Source of the DNA: Octopus sinensis
Lineage: Eukaryota
Reading direction: 5' to 3'
DNA length: 64,000 nt
Assembly: GCF_006345805.1 (NCBI RefSeq)
Contig: NC_043000.1
Span: 154,504,001-154,568,000, forward strand
This document shows, one piece after another, positions 13,660-27,149 of this stretch. The stretch's first letter is position 1, and every line of letters begins with the position of its first letter. The position numbers were made by a program, and so were the translations under genes. A model generated the notes under the pieces. That model saw only the letters and a list, made by a program, of their open reading frames with translations. It was not told the DNA's origin and did not search any database.

Positions 13660-13906
13660 ATGTATCAGCTGAACTACTCATAGAAGTTCAACCATTAAGA
13701 CTTTAATGTCTGAAACAAAGAAGTAATATATATTTTTGAAGCCCTCTAATGGTCTGGTAAAAATAACTTGGCACTGGTAGCTGTGGGGAAATCCCGAATT
13801 GGTGGACACAGCAAAACACCAAAAGTTCTACTATTTCATTTGATTTAGGACTAGACACTGTAATGGCTTAGAATTCAAAATTATCCGGAAAATATAATGA
13901 ATTTTC

Positions 13907-13963
<57 letters not shown>

Positions 13964-14111
13964 AATGAAAGAAAGGAGTCGAACGAAGATGCTAACGTGA
14001 ATTTGCTACCCAGGTTTCGGTTAACGAATTTTCCATGCTGACGATAAACATAGGATAATTCATTCACCTACTTATATATATATATATATATTATATATAT
14101 ATATATATATA

Positions 14112-14143
<32 letters not shown>

Positions 14144-14297
14144 CCAATTAAGGACTGAACACGAAAAAGTGGACAGTCAACATGCTAGATATAGACGTCA
14201 AATCGCCATTCTCCACAAAAAGTCTATGTTCTCAGATCAAACTCAACACAAAACCAAAACAATAAACAAGTGAAAAATATACGAAATAAATATTTAC

Positions 14298-14363
14298 CCA
14301 TGTACTAAATTCAGTTTCGGCTGTTATTTTCCGCAAGGAAAAGTGCAGCCATCATCAGCATGG
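14298..14363 (-). ncRNA. Type I hammerhead ribozyme, copy 1
   Basis: Minus strand reads CCAUG-CUGAUGA-U-GGCUG(CAC UUUUCC UUGC GGAAAA UAA)CAGCC-GAAA-CUG AAUU UAG-UA-CAUGG: full core, three stems, GUA cleavage triplet. Confidence 0.85.
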
Positions 14364-14803
14364 TCCCATATAAAATGTAATTTGCTGTACTAATGCCAAC
14401 ACGATACCGAAATATCGCGTGCATGGAGTACGGCCTATTACATTTGAAATATATATTTCAAATGTCTCTATTTTGGCGTGATGAGACCCGAGAAAACTAG
14501 CCTGCAGCTAATAGTTAGCAGCAGTTAATTTATCGGTTAGCGAACATATTTATATAACATTAAATTTAGGGTAAAAATTGATATTTATCAATTAGAACCA
14601 GTGGTCTAGCATATTAAAGAAAGAATCCGAAGATTAAAATATTTATATATACCAATTAAGGACTGAACACGAAAAAGTGGACAGTCAACATGCTAGATAT
14701 AGACTTCAAATCGCCATTCTCCACAAAAAGTCTATGTTCTCAGATCAAACTCAACACAAAACCAAAACAATAACAAGTGAAAAATATACGAAATAAATAT
14801 TAC

Positions 14804-14869
14804 CCATGTACTAACTTCAGTTTCGGCTGTTATTTTCCGCAAGGAAAAGTGCAGCCATCATCAGCATGG
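14804..14869 (-). ncRNA. Type I hammerhead ribozyme, copy 2
   Basis: Same as copy 1 except one change in the stem III loop (AAGU). Confidence 0.85.
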
Positions 14870-15596
14870 TCCCATATAAAATGTAATTTGCTGTACTAAA
14901 TGCCAACACGATACCGAAATATCGCGTGCATGGAGTACGGCCTATTACATTTGAAATATATATTTCAAATGTCTCTATTTTGGCGCGATGAGACCCGAGA
15001 AAACTAGCCTGCAGCTAATAGTTAGCAGCAGTTAATTTATCGGTTAGAGAACAAATATTTATATAACATTAAATTTAGGGTAAAAATTGATATTATCAAT
15101 TAGAACCAGTGGTCTAGCATATTAAAGAAAGAATCCGAAGATTAAAATATTATATCATATAAAATGTAATTTGCTGTACTAAATGCCAACACGATACCGA
15201 AATATCGCGTGCATGGAGTACGCCTATTACATTTGAAATATATATTTCAAATGTCTCTATTTTGGCGCGATGAGACCCGAGAAAACTAGCCTGCAGCTAA
15301 TAGTTAGCAGTAGTTAATTTATCGGTTAGAGAACAAATATTTATATAACATTAAATTTAGGGTAAAAATTGATATTTATCAATTAGAACCAGTGGTCTAG
15401 CATATTAAAGAAAGAATCCGAAGATTAAAATATTTATATATACCAATTAAGGACTGAACACGAAAAAGTGGACAGTCAACATGCTAGATATAGACGTCAA
15501 ATCGCCATTCTCCACAAAAAGTCTATGTTCTCAGATCAAACTCAACACAAAACCAAAACAATAAACAAGTGAAAAATATACGAAATAAATATTTAC

Positions 15597-15662
15597 CCAT
15601 GTACTAAATTCAGTTTCGGCTGTTATTTTCCGCAAGGAAAAGTGCAGCCATCATCAGCATGG
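15597..15662 (-). ncRNA. Type I hammerhead ribozyme, copy 3
   Basis: Identical to copy 1. Confidence 0.85.
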
Positions 15663-15685
15663 TCCCATATAAAATGTAATTTGCT

Positions 15686-15769
<84 letters not shown>

Positions 15770-15775
<6 letters not shown>

Positions 15776-17142
15776 TCTTTGTGTGTGTGTGTGTATGAAT
15801 GTATGTATATGTACATGTACATAGAAAAATAGAGGTAGATAGATAGCTATATACATACAAACGTATACGCGTGCACACACACACAGACACATACACACAC
15901 GCACACACATTGAAGTTCATGTGTAAGTGCGTATGAGTGTGTGTTCACATTTGTGTGCATATTTGTATATGTGAATATGTTTACGCTGATCAGTATAAGA
16001 AAAGGCTGTGTGCCGCTGTTTATACAAGTCGCGCGCGAATTTGAGAGAGACCGAGAGATAGACAGGGGGAGAGAGAGGAGGGAAGAGGAGAGAGAGAGAG
16101 AAAGAGAGAACTTATATATGTAAATGCATTTATGTCAGTATTTACACATACATATGATTTGTCTTATTGAAATGTAGCGCCTGAAATTATTGGCTCCTGC
16201 CCAAGAAAGTGTGTTTATACATATGATGCATACTCCACACACGCAATTGTGTGTTTATGTATGTGTATATATATTTATGTGTGTGTATGTGTGTGTGTGT
16301 GCACGCTTATATAGAATATATAGCACATCTGTATATACATATATTAAATACTATATATATATGTATATTACATATATATATATTATATATTTATACTCTA
16401 ACACACGTTCGTGTGAGTGTGAGTGAGTGAGTCTGTGTGTGTGTGAGTGTGTGTGGTGTGTGTGTGTGTGTGAGTCTTTGTGTGTGTGTGTGTGTATGAA
16501 TGTATGTATATGTACATGTACATAGAAAAATAGAGGTAGATAGATAGCTATATACATACAAACGTATACGCGTGCACACACACACAGACACATACACACA
16601 CGCACACACATTGAAGTTCATGTGTAAGTGCGTATGAGTGTGTGTTCACATTTGTGTGCATATTTGTATATGTGAATATGTTTACGCTGATCAGTATAAG
16701 AAAAGGCTGTGTGCCGCTGTTTATACAAGTCGCGCGCGAATTTGAGAGAGACCGAGAGATAGACAGGGGGAGAGAGAGGAGGGAAGAGGAGAGAGAGAGA
16801 GAAAGAGAGAACTTATATATGTAAATGCATTTATGTCAGTATTTACACATACATATGATTTGTCTTATTGAAATGTAGCGCCTGAAATTATTGGCTCCTG
16901 CCCAAGAAAGTGTGTTTATACATATGATGCATACTCCACACACGCAATTGTGTGTTTATGTATGTGTATATATATTTATGTGTGTGTATGTGTGTGTGTG
17001 TGCACGCTTATATAGAATATATAGCACATCTGTATATACATATATTAAATACTATATATATATGTATATTACATATATTATATATTATATATTTATACTC
17101 TAACACACGTTCGTGTGAGTGTGAGTGAGTGAGTCTGTGTGT

Positions 17143-17170
<28 letters not shown>
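15770..17170. repeat. Direct tandem duplication of ~700 bp (two copies) bounded by (GT)n
   Basis: Identical ORF translations at 15941/16642 and 16190/16891 (offset 701). Confidence 0.9.
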
Positions 17171-17199
<29 letters not shown>

Positions 17200-17393
17200 T
17201 GTGTGTGTGAGTGAGGGAAAGAGAGAAAGAGGAGGGCATCTTAAGTGTGTCTGTAAACATTTAACTTTAGTGGAATAGAAATAAACAATAATTGTACCTC
17301 CGAGACACATTTATCTTATCATACGCATACGCCACCTAGTAACGGCCATATTTGGTGGTAATCTTCAATAATAATAATAATAATAACAACAAC

Positions 17394-17443
<50 letters not shown>

Positions 17444-17885
17444 CAGCAACAACAATAATAATGTGTAATAGAAAATAAAACAAAGATATAAATAAATAAA
17501 TAAAACTCAAGATGGCATTTTTTTTTTATATAAAGAAAACAAGATCTTTCTCTTGCGCTTGTGTGTGTATATGTGTATATATGTTTCTTTTATCTTTTTT
17601 TCTTCCTGAATGATTTATCCGGTTTCTGTTGGGCTGGAAATTAATGGAGAAATAATGTTTCATCAAGCTAGCTAATTTTCTGACTTCAGTTCCACATCAG
17701 GTAGTGGTTGCCACAACGTAGGAGCTATTAAAAGAATGGGGGATAAAGATTGTTCTCGAGTCGTATGGACTCATAAGGCTGGTTTCCTGGTTCGTGTGAC
17801 CTATATATCTCCCTGCCACCTGACTGAATGTGCAAATGAAATGTAACTGTCAAAAAAAAAAAAAAATTTAATATTCAATTTTTTA

Positions 17886-18012
<127 letters not shown>

Positions 18013-18015
18013 TAT

Positions 18016-18165
18016 CTCTCATCAACTTCTTCAAGTATCACTTGAACAGGAAAGTAAGAGTAGAGAGGCAAGTTTTGTCTAGCGAATGTTTCAAAAAAAG
18101 ATGGGTGAATGTAGCAAGGATGGCACGTATGAATGACGAAGCCACCTTGAGCATAATTCAAAAAC
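18016..18165 (+). pseudogene. Tx1-type LINE ORF2 C-terminal fragment (different family from the 31-37 kb element)
   Basis: SLINFFKYHLNRKVRVERQVLSSECFKKRWVNVARM aligns to NLRSFFSFHLKRKLWLEKRCLSECTFQKRWKYVARV of ORF 31704-32099. Confidence 0.75.
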
Positions 18166-18832
18166 CCAACAACAACAAAAACAAAAAAACTGTAAACATA
18201 TGCCTGAAATTTACAGCGTTAGTAACATGAATATTTCCTGTAATCATTGTTACAATGATCTTAGATTTATAATTTAAGATTTTTTATGAACCGCTGAACG
18301 GCAGAGAGAATGGGAAAGTAATGCTCTCTCAATTACAGTCTTATCCAGAAATACTGAAATTTATTTTGAAATGAAAATAAGGCAGAATATACAATTTCAA
18401 AAGAAACTAACTTTTAGGGTTCTATATAAACTTTCAACCATATACAAAATTTCGTATTTACTGTGGAATTTCCAAGGGCACTGCCATTAAAATATAAAGG
18501 GTAAGTGTGCAAGGTAAGAAACCACTGTTTTACGAGATCATTTGATCTGATAGAAATGGCTGCTATATCTCTTTCAAACCATCTCTCGTTCTTGAACCAG
18601 AGCTCGTTGGCTAAAGCGGTCCTCGGTTTTCTGCTCCCTCAAACAAGACTGTATGGTCAATGCTCTTGATCGTAAGTTTGCTCAACCATGGCTGACCTGG
18701 GGGTAAACAACAACTTGTGTGGATTTATGTCTTGCTAAGACACGATAGTCACTTTTTATGAGTCACAGTGTGATAGAGCGACAGAAAATGTAAGACTGCC
18801 GGACTAAAATACTCTGCAGTATCCGATTATGT

Positions 18833-18910
18833 GGTGGTGGTGGTGGTGGTGGTGGTGGTGGTGGTGGTGGTGGTGGTGGTGGTGGCGGTGGCGGTGGCGG
18901 CGGCGGCTAT
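18833..18910. repeat. (GGT)n/(GGC)n microsatellite
   Basis: Direct reading. Confidence 0.95.
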
Positions 18911-19554
18911 GGTGGATTGGTACAACTATGTCAGACAAAATGCCTTACAGTATATAGTAATAGCCCTGATAGTTTAACTGAGGATCGACTTTTTCATTTA
19001 TCCTTCCCGGGTTAATAAAATAAAGTATCCTCAAGTACTGGGTCGATCGATATAACCGATTATTCTCTTCCCTAAAGAAATCAATATGGTTATTCACTTC
19101 TTGCTGAGCACCTCTGGTCACCGAAAGGTTAAACAATTAACACTATTTAACCGCGATTGTATGAGGAATAAATAAATATTAATGATTTCTTACACATGGA
19201 GAAGGCCGGAAATTTGTGGTGGGGAAGGAGCAGTCGATTGTATCGACACCTGTGCTGGATGAGTACTTTATATTATAGACCCTGGAAGGATGAAAATCAA
19301 CTCAAACCAGGGATTTGAATCTAAAGGGTTTTTAATATAATCACAAGGTTACAAGTTTGAGGGTTGTGATGAGTCAATTAAATCGATCCCTTGACTTGAC
19401 TGATACTTTATTCTATCGGCCCCGAAAGGATGAAAGGCAAAGTTGACCTAGGGAGAATTTGAATTCAGAACGTAAAGAGCTTGGACGAATACTACAAGGT
19501 ATATGCCTGACGATCTAACGATTCCGCACTTCCCACCACCTTATAATAATAATA

Positions 19555-19745
19555 ATAAAACATTGTATACAGTGCTCAGGTGCACTACAACTCATCTAAA
19601 GTGTATGTATAATCAGGTGTAGTTTCGGCGGATTTCGGAAAGCATGAGGGCCTTAAAGGATGCAGTGTCATGGAAGTCAACAACTGATGCAGGCAGTTTG
19701 TTCCATGCTTCAGCAACTCTGAGCGTGAAAAAAAAAATGTTTCCG
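19555..19745 (-). mobile_element. CR1/L2-group LINE 3' end remnant
   Basis: Minus strand FFTLRVAEAWNKLPASVVDF matches the FFxxRVxxxWNxLP C-terminal motif. Confidence 0.65.
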
Positions 19746-20291
19746 AGATAGTTTCTAATTTAGGCGCAAAGCCAGCAGTTTTATGAGGAGAAGGTTCGTC
19801 GATTAAATCGAACCCAGTATTTGACTGCTACTTTACTTTATTGACCCTCATTTCTTGGGGAGATTGAAATTCAGAACGTAAAAAGCCAGACCAATACTGA
19901 AAAGCAAGAGTCCGACGCTCTAATGATTCTGCCAATCGAATACATTAGGCGCAAGAAGTGAAGTGGCTATTCACAGTAATTAGGTATGTGACAGGTGGAC
20001 TATTTGCAATAGTTTTGATGCTAGCTGGCCGTACCTGCCCATCGCTTTACTTAGAAACCGAAAGTTAAGCATGTGGTCTTGTCATATTTCTAGGGGCGAC
20101 TGATAAATGACCCCTGGTCGTTGCTCTCTATATTTTCAACTAGCAAAGAAATTATGAGAGTGATGTCAAGAAGGGTCGTGATGAACTTTTCCGACAGGGA
20201 ATGAAAGATCGGAAAAGAAATAAGAAAGCATTTTTGTTTCTAACGCAGAGAAAATACAATAAAACAAAAATAATTTGACAATTCTGAGGCC

Positions 20292-20526
20292 AACCTATTT
20301 CTTTATTACCCACGAGGGGCTAAACACAGAGGGGACAAACAAGGACAGACATAGGTATTAAGTCGATTACATCGACTCCAGTGCGTAACTGGTACTTAAT
20401 TTATCGACCCCGAAAGGATGAAAGGCAAAGTCGACCTCGGCGGAATTTGAACTCACAACGTAACGGCAGACGAAATACCGCTAAGCATTTCGCCCGGCGT
20501 GCTAACGTTTCTGCCAGCTCGCCGCC
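20292..20526 (-). mobile_element. SINE family A with Tx1-like tail, single full-length copy
   Basis: Head GGCGGCGAGCTGGCAGAAACG, B box GAGTTCAAATTCC, tail ...GCCCCTCGTGGGTAATAAAGAAATA. Confidence 0.9.
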
Positions 20527-20704
20527 AACCGGTGAGTGGAACTAAAGTTTTAATAAATTGAATCATAACTAAAGACAAATAAAAAAAAAAGAGGAAGGTT
20601 TTGTAAGAAATTCACGCTGGAATCAACTTTGTGTTTCTACTACTGTGCTTGATGAAATAAGTACTTGTTAAATATGAGAATCTAATCAATTGACTATACA
20701 CACT

Positions 20705-20714
20705 TTTCTTTCCT

Positions 20715-20770
<56 letters not shown>

Positions 20771-20803
20771 TCATTCATTATTTCTTTCTTTCTTTCTTTC
20801 TTC

Positions 20804-20837
<34 letters not shown>

Positions 20838-20856
20838 CTCTCTCCCTCTCTCTTTC

Positions 20857-20890
<34 letters not shown>
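20705..20890. repeat. (TTTC)n/(TC)n microsatellite
   Basis: Direct reading. Confidence 0.95.
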
Positions 20891-20891
<1 letters not shown>

Positions 20892-21860
20892 AGAGGGCTT
20901 TGTGTCTTGTCAAAGAAATATTCTATCTCTACTTCTTGGATGGGATATCAAATAAAAAATGTTTTGCGGTATTTATTCTTATATGTTTTAAAAGATTATG
21001 AGTTCAAACCACACTGGATAGAGACACGATAACTTAATTGCTGGCAAAGTACTGCAGTTTCCTGACAGAATAAATCAACTCCCATCCTAATAAAGGCCAC
21101 ATGTTTCAGTAATGTAGTTCTACGATGTAATGTTACAGTAAGTTCTTGGTAAACTGAATCTATTATCAAGTTCCTATTCTCAGTTGGGGCCATTTCCTTT
21201 CATTTATAACGCTAATTATTGTCACTAAACATTATGCTGTCGCAATGTCAATAATAAGAATTTTCGCATTCGCTTATGGCACGTTCTTTGCCATAACGCC
21301 TGCTGATTTCCCCGCCAAGCCTTCCCTTTTACTTGCTATTCTATCTCTTGTACGAATAAAAATAATTTATATCTTAAACACCCTACTCTAAAAACATCGA
21401 AAGTATGAGATGTCAACCATATAAAACGGTTGTTTTGGTTTTCTAAATATACCAACCCCCCACGCTTACTGACATTACAGTACTGAAATCCTACATAACG
21501 ATACCCTTATCACTACTTCGATAAGTAAGATGAAGTTTCTGTTTCGCTGTAGAGGTTTAATAATATAGAAACTTGTTCGGATTTGTTTACTGTAATTGTC
21601 GACATGACAGAAATAATGTAAAGCTACTTGAGTTTTATTTTCTCTTCTCGCCGCCTTAGTATATCTACTTTGATTTTTGATGCTTTGCATTAAATATGTT
21701 CAACCGTACAAGAGAAACTCATAACACGGGCATGAAGATGATTCTATGTCTTCGTTTGATCAGCTACAACCCAGTCTCCCTAAAGTGATACCGTACCTTC
21801 TTTGGAAAATGTATACATTGTTCTAAAAGAACAGACAGTATGGTCGTATCTAGGATGGTT

Positions 21861-22245
21861 GTGGAGGCGCAATGGCCCAGTGGTTAGGGCAGCGGACTCG
21901 CGGTCATAGGATCGCGGTTTCGATTCCCAGACCGGGCGTTGTGAGTGTTTATTGAGCGAAAACACCTAAAGCTCCACGAGGCTCCGGCAGGGGATGGTGG
22001 TGATCCCTGCTGTACTCTTTCACCACAACTTTCTCTCACTCTTACTTCCTGTTTCTGTTGTACCTGTATTTCAAAGGGCCGGCCTTGTCACTCTCTGTGT
22101 CACGCTGAATATCCCCGAGAACTACGTTAAGGGTACATGTGTCTGTGGAGTGCTCAGCCACTTACACGTTAATTTCACGAGCAGGCTGTTCCGTTGATTC
22201 GGATCAACCGGAACCCTCGTCGTCGTAACCGACGGAGTGCTTCCC
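21861..22245 (+). mobile_element. SINE family C, full length
   Basis: 12-bp TSD ATCTAGGATGGT at 21848-21859 and 22246-22257; near-identical to the copy at 4430. Confidence 0.9.
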
Positions 22246-24323
22246 ATCTAGGATGGTATGTCTGTTCTATCAGAGCTGACTTGAGATCAAGCAGCAACAC
22301 TTCATCATTCTGATTCTATTTAAGAAAGTAAAACGTCACAGGATCCTATTTCCTTTACAAAATATCAGAACTATGATACCACGACACTTCTATTTCTTCT
22401 TTTCGGACTACTTTTATTTAGAATTCTCACCAGCGATCATAAAGTATATTCAAATCATAGTGGGTACGGGATCGAGGAATTCGTTGAATGAATGTCACTG
22501 AGAAACGGATGTCACAATAAGATGTTCGCCTTATCCGTAACATATTTCACCGGAACTTGCATCAGAACGAGTCATCGTTATGAACGGTGAGGGTGGAGTG
22601 GATATCTCCAGTAGAGTTAAAAATAGAAAATGTGGTAATAAGGAGAAGAACATTTAATATCCGTTTAACTATTTTAAAAGTAAACCAAATTCCTTTTCTC
22701 TTCGAGTGTAGTGTTTTGGCGACTATTATATAGAAAACGTTTTCCATGGAATTTTCCTTATAGATAAAACTCCCGAAATAAAGTCCCACCGGTAGAAGTT
22801 GTCGACGTTTTTCTAATGATTGTTGCTCTTTAGGTCAATTGACAGAATCGATAAGATATCAGTTTAACAGGCAAACATTAAAAGGATCATATCCAGTCAC
22901 TGGTATTGCAGGATCTTTATGTCCCAAATCCACAACTCATGCTGAATCAGCTCAATTATGAATAAGTACAACGAGAGAAATGGATGTAACTCATTACTGC
23001 CAAGTTCAAATGTTACTGTTTTGTAACAGAAGATTCATTTGCTTTTTTTTTTATATATGGCCAGGAGATAACTTTTTAGTTAAGGAAACATGAAAGTTGT
23101 TGCGTTCATTGCTTTCTCAGAAACTGGCAGTGGAAGGGAATTACTTGAATTTCTTAGGAGTTCAAACCATTTTATGAAACCCAAAGTATAATGGTCAAAT
23201 TACAATCTGCTTGTGAGAGCTGGGGCGCAACACACTAAACTCACCACACAGACACTTCTATCAACTTTGAGAGGTTTTTCAATGTAATTACGGAAATAAA
23301 CTAGTGTCGCACTAATGTTTTACTGTGAATATCAATACCATTTAAATGATGTAATTCTGTAGGACCATAGCAACAATTGTGTTCCTATAGATACTTCAGA
23401 CTCTTAGTTTTATTGCGAAGGGGACAGGTCTTGATTATATATTTCCTCTATCTGGTGTTCACAAAGGAACAGCCTTAGCGTTTTACAAATCTTCACTGAC
23501 AATAGTTTCTTGTTCAGCATTCATTCTTTTAAGGAATCAGTTTTATTTCTGCCTTCGATATCCACATTAGTTCTCAATATTTGGAATTTTTCTTTTAAGA
23601 AGTATATCATTGTTTGCTATGTTTCTATGTAAAGATAATTAACTAACACCCTGTATGTGTAGGGATAAAAGATTCAGGCAAGTACCGTTCAAACACTCTA
23701 GAATAATATTGGAAATTAATATGTAGGGTACAAGATTTTCGGTCTGTCGTTAAAACTGAAAAAAAAAAAAACAAAAAAAAAACCAGCGAAATATATTGAA
23801 ACTTATTATTGGTAATATAATATATAAATTATATATAATATATAAATTATATAAATTATTGGTTATATAAACTTATTATTGGTTATATAATCTCCAATTA
23901 ACATTAAAGTTCTTTGTCATCATTCTGGGAACGAACTTCAGCCATTACTTGACAGAGGTCTTTATAAAATCACAACTCCCCACTAGTCCCACGACCTCAT
24001 TGACTTAATTGCTTTTTTTTCCTCTTGTATCACAGTGGATTAATTCATTAGACTAAACAAGCGGAGAATGCTTCTAGTAACAACACCAAATACTGTTTCC
24101 AGTAAGATCAACATTTCCGTTAATAACAATAAATAATGTTTCCCTAATCAACAACATCAACAACGAAAGTAGCACTTCTGTCCTTATCTGCAACATCAAA
24201 TCTAACAAGCCAAGCACTCCCAATATCACTGCTCTCATTACCTCAAGCAGACACAGACACAAATATGGGGAGCGATGCTTGTTAAGAGGAACAATCTGTT
24301 CTGTTCCGTTTCGTTTTTTACAG

Positions 24324-24419
24324 ATAAAATTTCTCAAATTTCGAAATAATTACGTCATTATAGAGGCGGAAGCGAGGTTTGGACACAACGACGGCGAGGC
24401 TGATAGTAGTGTACGACAG
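24324..24419 (+). other. Candidate isolated coding exon (unverified)
   Basis: TTTTTTACAG acceptor, 96-nt open phase-0 frame IKFLKFRNNYVIIEAEARFGHNDGEADSSVRQ, GTGTGT donor; non-repetitive context. Confidence 0.25.
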
Positions 24420-25378
24420 GTGTGTAACTGGTATTTCATAATCTCATTAATTTCTGTTGTATTTACTGCACTATACAAGCCAACTTCCTTCGTATACAAC
24501 GGACCTGTTGTTAGATAAGAGGTAGTTGTTTTAGTGTATCTATCAGATTTCAATTTAAGCTTGTTTATTTCCATTACTTTGCAGTAATTTTAGTCTTCCG
24601 ACATTGAAAAGACATTATTAAATTGAAAGAAATGAGAAGAAAATTGTTTTATAATGCTTTTCCTCGCAGTTTTATTTGTAATCGTCAAGTTTTTAACTTA
24701 TACTATTTTTCACTCCGCCCTCTCTAATAATTGGCCTTCTGCCTAAGTAAGAAACTATTATCTCATTTCAGTTTCTTCTTTCATTTGTATATCTTTCAGG
24801 TGACTGTACTCGTCGCACAATTAATATACCTGTCCGCCTGTCACTGTTTATTTCTCTTTCTTTCATTCTCGCCCTGCCCCCGTGTGTTTCCCACTTTCTC
24901 TCATATATATTCTCGCCTATAAAAAAATTATTTATGTATCTCTTTCTCTATCTGTGTCTATTTTTATATTGTTATGTTTGTCTGTCAGTTTGGCTATCTA
25001 TAAAGAAGCTAACAAGCTACGTCTGTCTCTCACCTCTTGTGTTTGATTCTACATTCCGTATGTAAGCTTGTGTTAATCTTTTCAATCTATGCTTTTATCT
25101 CTCTTACATTTGTACCTATAACCAAGGTTGCCAACAGATATAGGCCTCCTCACTTATTATGATCAGAAACTTCATAAATTCTATATTAGTCTGCATTTAT
25201 TTGTTTGACCGTCTACCTAAATTTGAAGCAAAAATTTGAGATCGTATGTTGCACAAATAAACATACAAAGGATTAAAATCTCTCTGAGAAATACCATAAC
25301 TAATTTTTAAGCTGATTTAAGAGTAAGCAAGAAAACAACTTTGAGATCTAGTAACGGATTTTCCTCCACAATGTAGGG

Positions 25379-25579
25379 CAGTGGTTTTCAACCAGGGTTC
25401 CGCCAGTACAGTCCAGGGGTTCCACAAGAAGTTACAAAACTGCTAAAATCGGCAGTAATTTTTAATTTTCCTGTGCAGATATGTGTGCATAAAACTATTA
25501 AATTATTGCACAGGGGTTCCTCGAGCCAGTGGAATGTTTCCTTGGGGTTCCGCTCCAGCAAAAAGGTTGAAAAGCACTG
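25379..25579. mobile_element. hAT MITE
   Basis: TIRs CAGTGGTTTTCAACC / GGTTGAAAAGCACTG; 8-bp TSD ATGTAGGG at 25371-25378 and 25580-25587. Confidence 0.9.
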
Positions 25580-25839
25580 ATGTAGGGGTAAAGATAAAAC
25601 ACCCAGGCATTCATGTTGCAGTAATTCAACAAACATACTACCAGAACCCAAATCAGACACTTTCATAGCGAAGACTGTCTTGTAACGTACATAAAAACTT
25701 GTGTAATAGGAGGGGCTTAATGGTATGTGAATGCAGGAGTCACTAAGTGTAAACAAGTTATACATGATTATATATATACATATATAATATTTATAACACG
25801 AATGTTTACAATTATTAAATTTGAATCACAATTAAAAGT

Positions 25840-26040
25840 GGTGAGCTGGCAGAATCGCTACAGCGCCAGGCAAAATGCATAACGGAATTTCGTCCGTCTT
25901 GACGTTCTGAGTTCAAATTCCGCCGAGGTCGATTTTGTCTTTAATCTTTTCGGGGTCGATAGAAAAAGTGCCAGTTGAGCACTGGGTTCGACGTAATCGG
26001 CTTAACTCCCTTCCTGGCCTTGCGCCAAAATTTGAAACTA
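25840..26040 (+). mobile_element. SINE family A, older copy with the ordinary (non-Tx1) tail
   Basis: Same head and body; ends GGCCTTGCGCCAAAATTTGAAAC. Confidence 0.8.
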
Positions 26041-27017
26041 ATACTGAAACACTATCATTATTAATTCAAGCATGTGCATAGCAACATATCCATGAAGACT
26101 TATATTTGCATTTAGAATTTGAACGTGTGTGTATTGGTGACAGGCAGGTGGCTGGACGTAGAGGTAATTGTGATCGAAATCGTTGCAGTCGAGTATGGCG
26201 AAGATATTGGCAATGGGATGTAGCGATAGGAGCGTGGGTGAAAGCGTTGTCCATCATATTGTTATAGTGACAGATGAGGATGCAGTAAGCCTCTCATGTT
26301 GAAGAGGTAAATCTTTAGCTTTGGGTTAGCTTAACTCAAGACTGAAGTGATATCTTCTATCATGTGTATAGCGGTCGTAAGAATATCGTTAGCTGATTGA
26401 ATAAACTTTGTTCTTGCTTATGTTAAAGGTGCAATTAAACGAGGACTTATGAAATGGAGGTCACGAAAGGTCAAGGAGAACAAAATTTTCCATTTCTATG
26501 GTAGATGGAAAGTCCATTAAGACCTCAACAGGCAAACAAGTCAAGATCCACAGTAAATAAATCGTAAGTTTAGCAAATCAAATCTCAGGATGAATTTTGT
26601 TACCTCTGCACAACACGAAAAATTTCGTAAGGTTTTGTATATGTTTCGCTGTAAGGGCCGAGGGCCGTACAACTCGATAGATCAATAGAGAAGGTATTGT
26701 AGGTTTCTGCCTCACAGCAGGTTATAAACTGCCGAGAAAATCTCAGGGTTTCTAAAGTTTGCAGCGAGTATTCTGTTTATGATATTACACTTGTATTTTT
26801 TTTCTTCCTTATAGGGTCGTCTAAAGTAGAAATCAAAGATCGAGCACACCGTCTTAGGTTGTCAAAACACTTAATTACTTAATGTAATGCTAGCACATGG
26901 AATAAAGAAATCTCATTTTAAGAAATTTCTGCTTAATACACACACACATAAAGTTTGTGCCGTTTTGATTTAAACATTTTTTTTATATGACTAATACTTT
27001 TTAATTTAATAATGAAT

Positions 27018-27145
<128 letters not shown>

Positions 27146-27149
27146 ATAT

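Larger units (their letters stand above)
14143..15690 (-). repeat. Tandem array of ~506-bp hammerhead-containing units (retrozyme or Penelope pLTR-like) embedded in (TA)n
   Basis: CCAATTAAGGACTGAACACG starts at about 14144, 14651 and 15443; an extra partial unit of ~290 bp at about 15135-15440; (TA)n on both flanks. Confidence 0.85.

Noticed and set aside
22600-22960. Multi-exon SEA-domain gene model
   Set aside because: Exon phases were incompatible, implied introns were too short and the GSV motif is absent; kept only as a low-interest candidate.
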